Both the position numbers and the translations under genes were made by a program. DNA of 63,939 nucleotides, counting the filler, from Collodictyon triciliatum (lineage: Eukaryota): the NCBI GenBank assembly GCA_043381765.1. It is 5 parts of 5 records of this genome, joined end to end, with 100 filler letters (N's around TTAATTAATTAA, not from the genome) between each part and the next. Parts side by side here need not be neighbours in the genome. Positions count along the whole stretch, not along the records: positions 15,212 to 30,310 come from JBHJMP010001718.1; positions 30,411 to 45,516 come from JBHJMP010001719.1; 3 more parts are not named here. One strand, written 5' to 3'. Below the pieces are notes generated by a model. That model worked only from the letters and a program-made list of their open reading frames with translations. It was not told the DNA's origin and searched no databases. Shown here piece after piece: positions 22,285 to 35,480 of this stretch (the stretch's first letter is position 1; each line of letters starts with the position of its first letter).

Positions 22285-25200
22285 TTAGAAGAGACTGGCA
22301 GCCTTCTTGAGGTTGTCCTTCTTCCACTGGGGCAGCTTGGTGAACTCGTCGCGCTTGACCTTGAAGACCTTTTCAAACTCGGCGTCCTCCAGGTAGTCCT
22401 CCAGTCTGGTGGCGTTGACAGAGGCCGGGAAGTTGCGGCTCTTCAGCTGCTCGTAGGTGTACTTCTTGGAGTACTCTGCAAGTGCGGCGTTGGCTGTGAC
22501 CGGACCGGCCTGGGCAGAAGCCTTGGATACGCGGTGACAAGCGAGATTGAGTATGAGTGTGTGTGTAAATAGATATGGTTGATTGCCCAGCAGCAGCAGA
22601 ACAGAAAGCGGAGAGGGATATACCTCGCGAATCTTGCGCTGAAGAGGGTCTTCATTACTCTTGGCGAGGGCGACGTCCCATGCGTGGAACTGGTTTGTGT
22701 TGAGGAAGAAAACATAGTCTGTGTGAGGGCCCTGCTTCAACCAATTATGTGCTTTCGATTGATTCTGGACACGAACATGTAAAAGCGATGATGGATAGAA
22801 AGGTGGCAGAGAAGGAGGAGAGGACAAAGTAAAGGTCTCTTGCCTGGGCGGTGAAGTTCGGTGGCTCCGACCCGGCATTCACAACGTAGATGGGGGCGTC
22901 AGAGGAGCGTCCGTCCTTGGATTGCTTGACGTAGTCGACAGCAGTTTCCAGAGCCATCTTCTTCTCGGTCTCGTTGGCCTTGGAGCCAACCCACACAAAG
23001 ACCTCGTTGAAGCAGTCGAGAATCATGACGTCGTCGTTGACCAGGTCGTCCTGGCTGTGGGGATTATTGCACGCATGAGGAGGTGGTGATTCGTGAATCA
23101 AACATCAGGGATACTCTGCACCGTTGAATAGGGAAAAGATGCTAGGCGATGGGTACCTGAAGTTGAAAATCTCCTCCACGCGGAACGAGCCGGTGGCGTT
23201 GGAGCACTGGAAGAGACGAGGCTCGCGGGGGGCTTCCTGGAGCTCAGGGGCGTCGGCATACTCGGCCTTGCCGCCGAGGAAGCCCCAGAACTCCTCGCTT
23301 TCGGTTCCTTCATCGACCGGAACAACCTCGCGCTTGCCCTGGAGAAGGCGGGCGATGGACTGGGCGTAAGTGCGCTCCACAGAGCTGGATCCCTTTCCGA
23401 ACCAGATGAACTGCTTGGCAGGGGTCACGAGGATGAAGGCATCTCCAGAGTTGAGGGAGGCGGCAACCTCGTCGACTTGGATGGCTGTGGTATATCGGCA
23501 TAGGGCAGGTTTAGAATGTTGCCTGCTCGGCGATGGGATTTGCGGCTGCGATGAGAGGTCACGGGAATGCCTTTCCAGTGTATGGATGGGAGGTGGGAGA
23601 ATATCTTGCCTCGGGTATTGAGAGGGTTCGTGCCACGGACGTGGAAGAGTGAGACTCCGTCAACATCGTAGCTGTCACCCTCGCCAGCATTCTTGAATCC
23701 GCTGGCACGTCCACCCTATCGAATAAACTCTCGTGAGGAAATTAAAAAGATGAGACATAAAAGAAAAAGAACAGAAAACCGAGAGGCTTCATGACCACTT
23801 CTTTTTCCTCTTCTCGAATGCTTTTTACCTTGTGGACAATCATGCGACCCTTGAACAAAGTGAGGAAGTGGTTGGGCTCCTTGTTCTGGACGACACGGGC
23901 TTGGACAGCCTGGCCATTGAGGCGGTCGTCAATCTCCTTGGCGTGGAGGGCCGAAGCGCCTTTTTCGTCGGCTGTGGAATCGCGACCTTGCCAGAAGTAG
24001 ACAAGGTAGTTCTCCTTGGTCTGAACGGTGTATGTGTACAGAAGGACATAAGAGTCCCCGGAGTAGAATTGTCCGAACTGGTCCTTGGGCCAGGCAACGG
24101 GCTTGAAGTCTTCGATGCGCCAGATCTTTCAGACAGAAGAACATGCAGGAAAATGAAGATATGAGGAGATACTCAGTACAGAGGTAATTGAAACCAGGTA
24201 CATGTTGTCAGGGGCACTGTGTACATTCGATGCAATCACATTTAAAAATAAACAAAGGAGGGGAAAAAAAAAAAAAGAGAGAGCCATACTTCGAGTTTTC
24301 CAGTTCCATCGTCGACTGATTTGGTGTCTTCTTCGGCCTGCTTGGCGTGAAGCTTGGCAATGTCGATTTTCTCTTGTGAAACCTTATTTTTATTTTTGGT
24401 TTCAATAGAAAGAACTGTAAGTAACGATAAATTAAATGGTATAATGAGTCCGTCAAACTGGATATGAGGCCCCTCCACTTGCGAATAAAAAATTGATGGC
24501 CACCTTTGCAATGTTGGAAGAGGAGCCAGTGTGGACGAGGGTTCCGGGCCTAAAGACATCGCTCCAGTTGGAGAACTTAGCCTTGAAGAGAGGTGTTTCG
24601 GATGCTGAAATGGGGATAAATGACTATGCGAGTGAGCGAGTGAAATGGTTACAGGGCACTACAATGATAAAAACAGATAATAAGGATGAAATGAATGGGT
24701 TTGATAGGTCATGTATATTAAACAAGCAAGATTTCTGGGAACTGGATAATTGAAATATGGTTCTTTTATTAACAAAAATAACATTAAAAGGAGAGGGACA
24801 GACCTTCAGCAACACGGGAAATAGGGGTCCAGTTGGGGCGGTTAAACTTTGTGAGGAAGGCCTGTCCGTGCTTCATGGCTTCCTTGCGGAGCCCAGCAGA
24901 AGATGCCTTGCCGATCCAGATGTAGACCTCAGTCTCGCAGTCGAGGATATAAGCCTGCAATATCTGCGTTACAACCCGCCTTCATCCATACGATGCAGAA
25001 TATACCCTGAAGGAATGTATGAAAAGACAAAGAATAGACAAACCGAGCCAGTCTTGAGAAGCTCCTTGGTGAGCGGGGCATCGACGTGGTTGACGGATCC
25101 ATTCTCTTGGACCTGTGAGAGCAAGAGCGGATCAGCAATAGAACAATGAACAAAATATGACAGGGGCAGTGATATCTCGATTCATGCGCAGAGATAAGAA

Positions 25201-26761
25201 GAAATATGTGAGATGCAAAGCCCCAGGCGTACCTCAAACAGCTTCCCAGCAGAGCTCTTTTCAAAGGCCTCGTCATCTCCGGCAGAGCTCGCATCAGCAA
25301 CAGCCACGCGGCCGGATGTGCTGCCCAAGGCACTCCAGAACTCAGAGTCGTTGTCGTTGGTTCCGTCCTCAAGGACAACTATGGACGCCTTCCCGCCGCG
25401 CTCCTGGTTCTTGATGTTGGTGGCCACGTCAAAGCCCTTGGCCTTCTCCAGGCGATGCGCATCCTTGCCGTTCCACTGGTAGATCGTCAGACCCTTGTCC
25501 AGCACAAAGACGTCGCCGTGGTTCAGAGAGCTGACCTTGTTCTCCACCTGAACGCAAGGGCCCGCATGTGTGTTGTGATGTTAAACGTCAGCCTTGCCTC
25601 TGTGAGACACGGGTCTTTCTTTCCTTGCCCTTCATGACTATGGGACAGGAATTGTGATGCCAATAATGGTATGAGTGAGGAGAGACAAACGCGCTTGACG
25701 CGGGCGAAGCGGCGGCCCTTGACGTGCAGGAGGCGGGTCTCGTATTCATCGCGGACAACGTGGCGGAAGCCGCTGGCTACTCCGCCGGCAAGATACTGCA
25801 CGCCGCCCTTGAACAGCGACAGAAACAGCTGCGACTCGTGGTCTTGGACCTGGGCACAGAAGCCAGAGCCCGGTTAGAGGAAGTGTTTGTTTTTTCATTT
25901 TGTTATGTCATGCTTTTTGTTAATAAAAAAAAATTATATAAAAGGACATATTTCATAGCCTTCAGGAAAATAAAGTAGATGTAGGCCACGCCAAAGTGGT
26001 TATTAAAAAAGCGAAGAAAAGATGTGTATCATTATTTGCAAGTGCGTCTCCCAAGCAAGGTCGTGGATGACATGTGGAATATAGAAAGAACGGGCGCGAC
26101 AGGAAAGGTAATAAGATCGATTCCGCTTTTGGGTAAAGATCGTGGCAGGCGATGCTTACTTCGCGATGTTGGACGGGGCCGCCTCCGAGGGAATCGTCCA
26201 GCTCGACAGTCTTGTAGGCAGCGACACCAGCCTCGTCCTGAATAGCGTATTTCGGGGATTAGCGCACCGGCCATTTGTGGAAATGTGGATTCAGGGAGGG
26301 AGGAAGGGGGCTGGTGATTGTGGCGAGCGGCTTGCCTGGCTGGTCTCTGCGCCCAACCAGAAGTGGATGTCGTAGTCGAAGGAGGACTTTCCAGGTCTCT
26401 GCTTGGTCTGTTTAGGTGCGCTTTCGTTAGACTCAGTGTGAAGGGTTTCGGAGTATAAGAGGACAGCAGTTGGCAGGAAAAGTGTTGGGTAAGTTTTTTT
26501 CTTTTCATTCTTGTTACGTGAAGGACGATGTAGGAGTCGCCAGTGTAGAACTTTCCGTAGAGCTCCACAGGCACAGGGACGGGCTTCAGAGCCTCGATTC
26601 TCCAGATTTCGAGTCCACTGCAAGGGAAAGGGAAGGCGCAAATAGGGCACGTTATTATTCCTGTCACTATTCTACGAGTGATGGTTTGCAGTGGGAAAAA
26701 AAAAAACAGCTATTGTCTAGTGTTCTTACGGTTTCTTTCCGCAGCCGGCAAAGTCGCTCAT
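22285..26761 (-). CDS. Villin: six gelsolin repeats plus headpiece, 16 exons
   Basis: GLEIWRIE...[109 protein letters not shown]; headpiece [14 protein letters not shown]...[19 protein letters not shown]. High GC3. Confidence 0.96.
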
Positions 26762-27046
26762 GTTTACAGCTGGTGTGGTTGGGTGTTGCTTCGGGTGGGA
26801 CGAGAGGTCTGTTTGAAGAGGAAGAGGAAGAAGAAAACAAGAGTGAGAAGCTTCGGCCGTGATTGCGGCGATGTTGTCTTCTGATGGGATAAGTAGCAAA
26901 CTCTTGTTGTCAAGGGATCTATTGTGTTCTATTTTTTCTTTTGGTTTTTTTTGTTTTGTTTTGTAGAGAGTGGAAATTAAAAGTATGAAACTGTCTGCTG
27001 CACAGAGACCGCCCTTCGTGTTTGAATTCATATGTCTATCCTCCCA

Positions 27047-27273
27047 CAGAGACAGAGACAGAGACAGAGACAGAGACAGAGACAGAGACAGAGACAGAGA
27101 CAGAGACAGAGACAGACAGAGACAGAGACAGAGACAGAGACAGAGACAGAGACAGAAACAGAGACAGAAACAGAGACAGAGACAGAGACAGAGACAGAGA
27201 CAGAGACAGAGACAGAGACAGAGACATAGACATAGACAGAGACAGAGACAGAGACAGAGATAGAGACAGAGAC
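27047..27273. repeat. (GACAGA)n hexanucleotide microsatellite
   Basis: Long array upstream of villin. Confidence 0.95.
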
Positions 27274-28131
27274 AAATGGATTCTCCTTGCTGGGGTTTCG
27301 GGATGTTGATTGGTAGTGCAGGGGTTTGATCGCGTGGGACACTAAGAGTTTGGCAGCTGAATGGGAATGCGCAGCCCCCGACAATATATACAGCGATTGT
27401 GCCTTCGGTGATTATGAATTTGTTTTGATACAATTTTGCTTTGATTCACGAAACGAGCCCTTCGTTTTCCAGGAAAAAGAGCACTTCTGTATTGTGTCCC
27501 TTTCCGTAATCTTGTCTCTGCATTTTTCTGTCTCATTGCGATTACGTGCTTTTCATCTGTTGCTCTTTTTTCCATTTGTTCTTTCATGTACTTGGTGACG
27601 GAGCGAAAAATATTGGATGGGTGTTGTGTTGGCGTATTTATAGCTGCCGATTGACGGTAGAACATTCTAGAATAGACCTTTATTGGAATAAATCTGCATC
27701 GGTGAATTATACATTTCTGGAATATATGAGGATTTGGCAGAATGGTTAATATATTTCTCAAGCTGGTGCCCGCACGACCGCAGAAAGGAATGGTTGAATC
27801 CTCACACATAAGGGCGCGGAGCATCACAAAGCATAGGTGTTGCGCGGTGTTAATTTCTTCCAATCAAGAGGCAATCTACATATCCTGCTTTGCATAATAT
27901 TAGGCCGAAGGGATTCCTTAAATGTGTGTGTGTGTCGACTAGAATCAACAAGTTTTACTTCATTATCAACCACGCTGCTTTAACCAGACTTCTTGAGTGA
28001 TGAATTGTGAGAGCGTTTTTTTTTTGGACGGAGATAAAAACAATGCAGATGAATGAGCTGTATTGTCAGAGGTTTTGAAAAAGGATCGATAGGAAAATAA
28101 TTTCATGGCATATGAGGATAACTGAAAATTG

Positions 28132-30310
28132 CTACCAGTCGGGTGTCTGGGTTTCTGACGACTGGTAAGAAGCTGGTAGGCCATCTATGTTTTCCTGTTT
28201 CTTATTTATACTACCCAACAGAGCAACATATCTCTCTTCTATATCAACACGGGCTTTTCTCTCACGGTCACATTCCTGCTTCAGTTCTTCGATAAGTTTC
28301 GTCAGGTCTCCAATTAGTCCAGCCTTAGATTCCTGGTCTTGTGATTGTTGGCTCGAATGCGATTGCCCAATCGTGTTGCCCTGGTGAAAGGTGGGCATTT
28401 TCTCCAAGTGACTCGTCACAGTTGCATTGGGAACGAGCCTACAAAAATTATGCGAGGTTGTGCTGTGCGTGTTTTTTGAATTGCTCGGAGTCCCACCCAT
28501 GGATGTGTCATGAAGCGATATACTGCGCCGAACACCAATTTTGGGGGCTGAAGATTCGAGGAAACGAGAAGAAGCCGGGTTCTTCTCCTTTGAAGGACGT
28601 GCAGCCGGGTACGGGGACTGCAATTTACTCATATTTCTGGGTGATTTCCTTTCCAAATCGATTCCAAAGCCGGGTTGTCCAGCCTTATCATTTCAAAATA
28701 ATCCGATTTAGAATAAATATACCAAAAGGTGCGGTGTGGTGCTGCCTGCTCTGGTGTAAGTAAATCTTGGATGTCAAAATAGCATAAAAGCAATCCATGA
28801 AAAGATTGAACATGTTACAACCACTAACCTTGGAGTTTACACCATTGTCTGACTTCCTGAGAGTCGCTGATGCGTATGTAGTATTTGAAGGCACAGACCC
28901 TTGGTGTATCCTTGAAGACTCTATCGTCTCTTGTAGTGTTTGTGACCCGTTAAATGAGGCATATAGTGATGTGGACGACCTGACAGGATATATGACTCTT
29001 GATGAAAGGCTTCCCTGACTTTCGGCAAGCTAATCAAAAAATAGATTGTCATTATTTAGTTTTTTAATAAAAAAAAGTTTCATAATAAATTACGATGAAT
29101 TCCGTCTTAATAATACGTCACAGAAAGAAAAACAAAGTAAATTTGGGTTTATTGTATTCTACATTTAAGTTTGGGCAAATTTGTTTGTTTGTTTGTTTGT
29201 TTGTTTGTTTGTTTGTTTGTTTGTTTGTTTGTTTGTTTGTTTGTTTGTTTGTTTGTTTGTTTGTTTGTTTGTTTGTTTGTTTCGAGGGAGTAGGGACATA
29301 AAATCGATGAATGTTAACTACATCCTCTCTAAAGCTTTCTGAGGGTGATGCCATCGTCTCAGAGCGGCTTGTTAACATTCCATCAGAATATGTTGGCGAT
29401 AGATCGGACAAAGATGACGCCTACAAAGACGAGAAAAATCAAGGGTCTGCAATAAATTCCTTCAAAACAGAATCAAACAGTTGGTGTGTCTAAGAAAGAG
29501 GAGACATAGAAAGGGTGAGAGATGCAGTAAATAATTACGTAGCTGGTTGAAGAAGTGATGGCGGAGGATGCCTTGGCGTTGAACATATGTGCTTTCTGGT
29601 GGTGCTATTAGGGAGAAAAAAGTGTTTTCTACGCTAACTACCTCAAATATATAAGAGGAGAGTCGATTGTAAATTACGTTGAAGATGGCGTGGCTGTGAC
29701 TTATTATGTACTCAGTGATACTGATTCCATTCTGGGTCACAGGGCTCACACTAAAGATGAGTGGTGCAAAAACCTCTGCTAGCTTTGCAGAGGTCATGTG
29801 ATTTACATGGCTTTGTAGCGAAAGCTTCCTATGCGATTTATGTCAATTACATACTTGTAAACAGAACCGGACATAATATGTTTCAAGTTTTCTTTTCTTT
29901 TCTTATCTTGGAGGAAAGGTAAAAAAAAATTACAAATACCTTAGCAGGAGGCTAATAGCTTTTAAAACCGCTTTGTGATCTGTGTTCATTTTTTCTATTT
30001 TGGACAGGACAAATATGTGGTATTGCTCATCGTCGTATCCTATTGAAATCAAATATAATTAGATGATATTCAAAATTTGAGGATTTAAAAACTCAGGCTA
30101 TGGTCTACATAATCGTCTAATACTCATAGGTTTTCGAGTCTACTGCAATATGACATATTTCAAATAAAGCTATCACTCTAGTATGATTACTTGGTATGGC
30201 CTCATCACCGAAGTAGCACCATGGCAAAAGAGGCTCTGGAAGAAGACTGAGATACAACTTCAGTAAGGAGCTTACGACATGAGGGTCAGTGATTTTGGAT
30301 AAGAACGCAC
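28132..30310 (-). CDS. RhoGAP-domain protein, 5'-partial (cut by linker), with S-rich linker and C-terminal coiled coil
   Basis: DPHVVSSLLKLYLSLLPEPLLP ... HKAVLKAISLLLR|KLSLQSHVNHMTSAKLAEVFAPLIF matches the RhoGAP dph.va.lLK.ylreLPePL and N.M...nLa.vf.P motifs. Late exon IEELKQECDRERKARVDIEER. 3' end uncertain (28132, or a further small exon near 27966). Confidence 0.8.
29181..29282. repeat. (TTTG)n microsatellite, intronic
   Basis: Perfect array. Confidence 0.95.
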
Positions 30311-30410
30311 NNNNNNNNNNNNNNNNNNNNNNNNNNNNNNNNNNNNNNNNNNNNTTAATTAATTAANNNNNNNNNNNNNNNNNNNNNNNNNNNNNNNNNN
30401 NNNNNNNNNN
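30311..30410. other. Artificial scaffold linker
   Basis: 44N-TTAATTAATTAA-44N. Confidence 0.97.
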
Positions 30411-30437
30411 ACTTACCGCACAGTCTGATTTTGACAT

Positions 30438-30605
<168 letters not shown>

Positions 30606-30730
30606 GAACCTTTATTGTCAATTATTTATTACTCGAATGGAAACACAAAATGATATGCTAAAAATAAGAATCTCTCGTGGATAAGCCTACTCTTACATCA
30701 AGGTTACGTTTTTTTCATTTCTACATTCAG

Positions 30731-33700
30731 GTGGATGACATATCACGCCTCGTTGTTTCAGCTTTTGGCAAACAATCTGTGACTCTCGAAGAACTAAAAT
30801 CGTTATGCCATAAGCGAAAAATGAAATATACAGAAGATGAAATAACGCAGGTGTGCAGAAAAGTGCACAATTACTTATGCTTTTTTTTTTTTGTTAACTT
30901 TCAAGTTCCTATAATGAAATATAACTAAAAATATCAGCACGTCAAGAATATATATGAAACATATCTAAGTAGTCTCATTTTCGTTTTTGATATCAATATA
31001 TGACTATTTTTTCCACTCTAAACATCATTCCTTTAAAGTATTACTCTGGTCTAAATTTCAAAATATACCGGAAAATAGATGTTTTCTGAAGCAGATACTA
31101 GAAAAATGAAGCTATTGGACCCTCTCGATTTATTCCGTGCAGCATCTGAAAGGTAACCAAACCTCCCTTTTTTTTTTGATTTACTCCTTAGTGGCTATTG
31201 ATGTTATTGACATCAACGATTCTGTATCGCTTTCTCGTGGAAATTCGGGCCAATTACTGATGTATTCTGCAGATTTTCGCATAGAAAATACACAAAGAAG
31301 TGGGATGATTTACTCACTGCACTTGTTTTTGATCCCCGCCTTCGTGCTGCATTGGAAGAGTTTCGCTTGACAACGGAAAATGTAGCAGAATCATTGAAAA
31401 AACCGCACTATGATCGTGAAGTTGCCAGCGAAGTAATCGTGCGCGCGTTCATTGAAATCGACAAGGACAAAGATGATTTTGTAAATATATATCGACTTAT
31501 CTTTATTCCCATAGAGTCACACTTACCAAAAAAAAGAAAGAAGCTGTTTGAGTAAAAATTTGTATCCAATCAAATTATGTGAAACATTATGGTTGATACA
31601 GGATTATTCAGTCAATCATATCGATTTAGATAAATTTGGATGACATACTCTCTGTATGCGAAAAAAACCGAATACTAATCGGCAAAGAAACTCTAGAAAA
31701 CGTTTGTCTGATTTCGAATACAAACAAACAAATAACAAATGCATTCTGTCATGGTTTCACTCATTCAGTCCCCACGAAAGTGTCCATGGAACGTCTTTAA
31801 TCCACCATATTTATTAGATGTTTGATGAAGCAGATTACGACCACACAGGAAGTCTCAGCCCAAGCAAATTCAGCCATGCGTTGTGTACGAGGTAAATACA
31901 TCTTTAATCAAAGTTATAAATCAATATTCGAAAAGATTTTCCCCCTTGCATTCGTATCCAAGATAATCATTCAGGAAGACTTAATGAATATCTCTTTTCG
32001 TTAACAATCATACTAGTAGCAATAATAACAAACACCAATAAAAATCAATAGCAATAGCGGTAGTGTTTCAACATAAACCGACTTTATCTTCAACATCTAG
32101 ATTCAAATATCGAAAATTCACGGATGCATGGATATGCTTTGTACAGAAACTTCTTCAGACGGATAAGATATTTATCAATCGATTAAGCACAGCAGAGCAC
32201 GTCCCATCTCCTGCAGAACTGTTGAGTTATCATGAAAGAATGGAGAACCCGTTGTCTTTAAAGTAGTCTCTATATTCTCTTTTTTTTTTTCTCCCATCAA
32301 TATCACAAGCTAGCAATCCTTACAATCTATTCACAAATACAAAGTCAAACGCGAAAATGATGTTCATAGAATCATGTCTTTTCGTATGTGTCATACTTAT
32401 TGGGAACCATTCAACTCCCCAAAATAAAAATAAGGTCAACAAAACAACGATCAAAAAGCGCAACTCCGATGCAAACATTCCCACTTAAGGCCAGCAATGA
32501 CCTTCTTCTCAGTAAATTGAGGTGAAAATAACAGAGAGAATATATTTCGTCCTGTTGAATCCATTAATTTTTTTTAATTTTATACATCATCATACGATTC
32601 ATATCATCCTCCCTTTTTCTTTTTTCTTTTCTTTTTTTCATTTTCCACCCACAGAAATACCCAGGGAGGTGAGAGCAATATGTCTGGTACATCATTTCTT
32701 CGACATGAAAAAACATATTTCGAGTCCCTAGGAACAGACCCTAAGAGGGAAATCCCTATCTATGAGTCCACACCAGCAGCTCTTTCAAACACCTCCACTT
32801 TGTCATTTGTGCCTGGGTATTTGCAAGAAAGGCATATTAACGGACTTGTAAGCAGCAATTCAGCCACATCTCGACTTGTTTACCTTATTTGTTTTTAATT
32901 TTTATTAATTGGTTCAGTGATATCGCCTTTTGAATATTTGTTCACAGATGGTATCCTTGGGTTTCATGTTCCATATCTATCCATTTATTCTACAAGCTCA
33001 GTCTTATTGGTTGGACATTCTTCTTTTTTCAAACACATCGCTCATTTTAGATATATAAGAACAAGGACGACTATCAGCAACGTAGCAAATCAACAGACAT
33101 AACTACAGAACTTCCTCCTTCTCGCTTCTCTGAAACAGGCGGTGCATCATTTGTATTCAACCCTTCTAATGTAAGAAAGGGAGAAAAGGGAGAAAAAATC
33201 TCGTCCAAAATATGTTCGTTTTTTTAGTCGAATGAAGCAATATCTCCCCACATACTTTTAATAATAACCAATCAATATTCAGGATATTATGAACTCGACA
33301 AGCGAGACAGCACGCCCAATAATAAGCTTTCATGCACAATCCCGGTTTCATCAAGCTGTTAATGTAATAATGAGGCATATCGGAGTGAATTGTGTGATGA
33401 AAGAACCAGCGTGCATCGGGCTACATGACATTATCATCAATATTGCTATATCAATTATATGACCTCTCGATGTGCGTCCATATATTTTAACACAATTACA
33501 CTTTAGACAGAACTGTATCAGGTCGCCCAATCACGCTCTCGCTCCCGCCTCAGCTCCGAGTCTTTGAAGATTATTACTCCACTGACCGCAAAAGCGCTCA
33601 TGGACATGAAGGACAATCCATCAGGTAATACTTTCCAGTTGGTAATATTTTCTTCATCCAGCTATTTTTCCCCCAATTTTTGTTTTACACCTGCAGTAGT

Positions 33701-35083
33701 TTACAAAAGTCCATCTACTTATTGTTCTTGTAAAAATTTGTAAACCACCTTATAATAAACAGACATGTCCGACTCGCGCTTGCTGCCCGAAAAAGACCTT
33801 CCAAGAGGCCGAACAGAAACAAACATTTCGTTAGAGCGCAGGTCTTTGGACTCGACATTCCCACCTCTCTCATCTTCTGCAAGAGTAACGCTAGGCCCTG
33901 TGTCACCAGATAAAGTCGAAAGGGCCAATGCACTCCTAAAATCAATACATGTATTCATCGATAACTCTATCTTTTTCAATATGTCGCCAATATCATACAA
34001 GTCTATTTAGTTATCGATCGTTTCTTCTAAAGGGTTTTTTTTAAAAAAAAAAAATAATTAATTGATTGTGCCATGTTATATCAAATATATGTGCCATTTG
34101 TACTGAGCAGTGATGTATGAACATATTCTCCAGGAGTCTTCCGTAACAAAGGCCGAAACGGATTCTTCTCACTTCGTGGCTGCCTTTAATCCAGAAACTG
34201 CACAGGTGTCTATTCCTCTTTCCTTTGAATTGGAAATAAAACTACAATTGAAATTGAAAATCTAATCAAATTCATTCAGGATTTAAACATTCGCATTGTT
34301 CGTGAAAACGGAATGACTCACGGCGAATACCGAGACCCCAGCACATTTAAATACCGAGATGTGCTGATATTTACCCGAAAGACATATTAATTATATATTG
34401 TATGATAGCTTACTATTGTCTGAAAAGAAAAGGACTTCTTTCTACATGCTAAACTACTGATTCAACCTTGTAGGATTTTGATTACAAGGCTGCCAATAAA
34501 CCTCCATTTTATTTGTCTGTCCGAAGCAAGTTTCAAGTCCAAACAGAATTCATCAACGCGGGTGGCCAAGGTTTCCGTCTAATTCTCTTAGCCAATTGTA
34601 TTTTATTTAGAAGAAAAAAAAAAGAAAAAGGAATTAATAGAATCGGCCACGACATTTTTGTAAAAGCTTCTAAAGCAGAAGTGAATAATCATCTTAGCAC
34701 TGGTGACCATAAGACAATCCACCGTTTTTCATTCTTACCTTACCTATTATATCCACAGTGTCAACAGAACACGAATCAGCAAGCGAGTCCAACATCGCTC
34801 CGTTCCTCAGTCATTTTCGGCCCCTGCCAAAGTCCTCCAACCTTGACGGGTCGCCCACTCAGTTTCTGCCCAAGGAGGTAGTTTTCTTCGCCAGACGACA
34901 AACTTCAGTGCCCTTTTTTTTTCTTTTTTTTCTTTTCTTCTTTATGCGATTCAAGGACCTCCAGTGGATATTGATTTCTTTAATTAACACGAGTAGTGTC
35001 GCATATCAAGTCATTTACATCATTTTGATGACTTTCACTAGCCATACGCGCCCCAGAAAGGCCAGTTTCAAGTCCGATGGTAG
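30731..35083 (+). CDS. EF-hand protein with duplicated N-terminal module and long low-complexity C-terminus; 5'-partial, ~17 exons
   Basis: AFIEIDKDKDDF|INLDDI and MFDEADYDHTGSLSPSKF are EF-hand loops. Exons join in consistent phase to ...PYAPQKGQFQVRW* (TAG 35081-35083). Confidence 0.7.
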
Positions 35084-35480
35084 AAACTTTGCGCTATTGT
35101 CAAACATCGCACGACACAGCGTGTTGTTTTGTCTGTACTCTTTTATCAGTAATCTCACATACACACACACGAAAAAAAAAATAATTCTCCTCACTTCTGC
35201 CTCACTATCCACCATACAATCTACCATGAAAGTAAACCCAACACAAAAGAAAGATTGATGGATCGGATACGAATTCGACTTCAAAATGTGTATTTCTGCT
35301 TTATCTGTTGTTCTCTTTTGAGATGAGATGGAAATTGCCGTGTCTCCGGCGAAGCGAATGTGTCGGTTTGTATGAAATCCATGTTTATCTCAGGTTCCGA
35401 TGAAGATAGACAGAGTGGTACTTGTCAATTCTACCATCACAATATAAACCAAAGACACACTAGTTACTGATTTTTACAAC

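Noticed and set aside
26726-27433. Long ORFs of CLCLCL, RDRDRD and ETETET
   Set aside because: Translations of the (GACAGA)n microsatellite.
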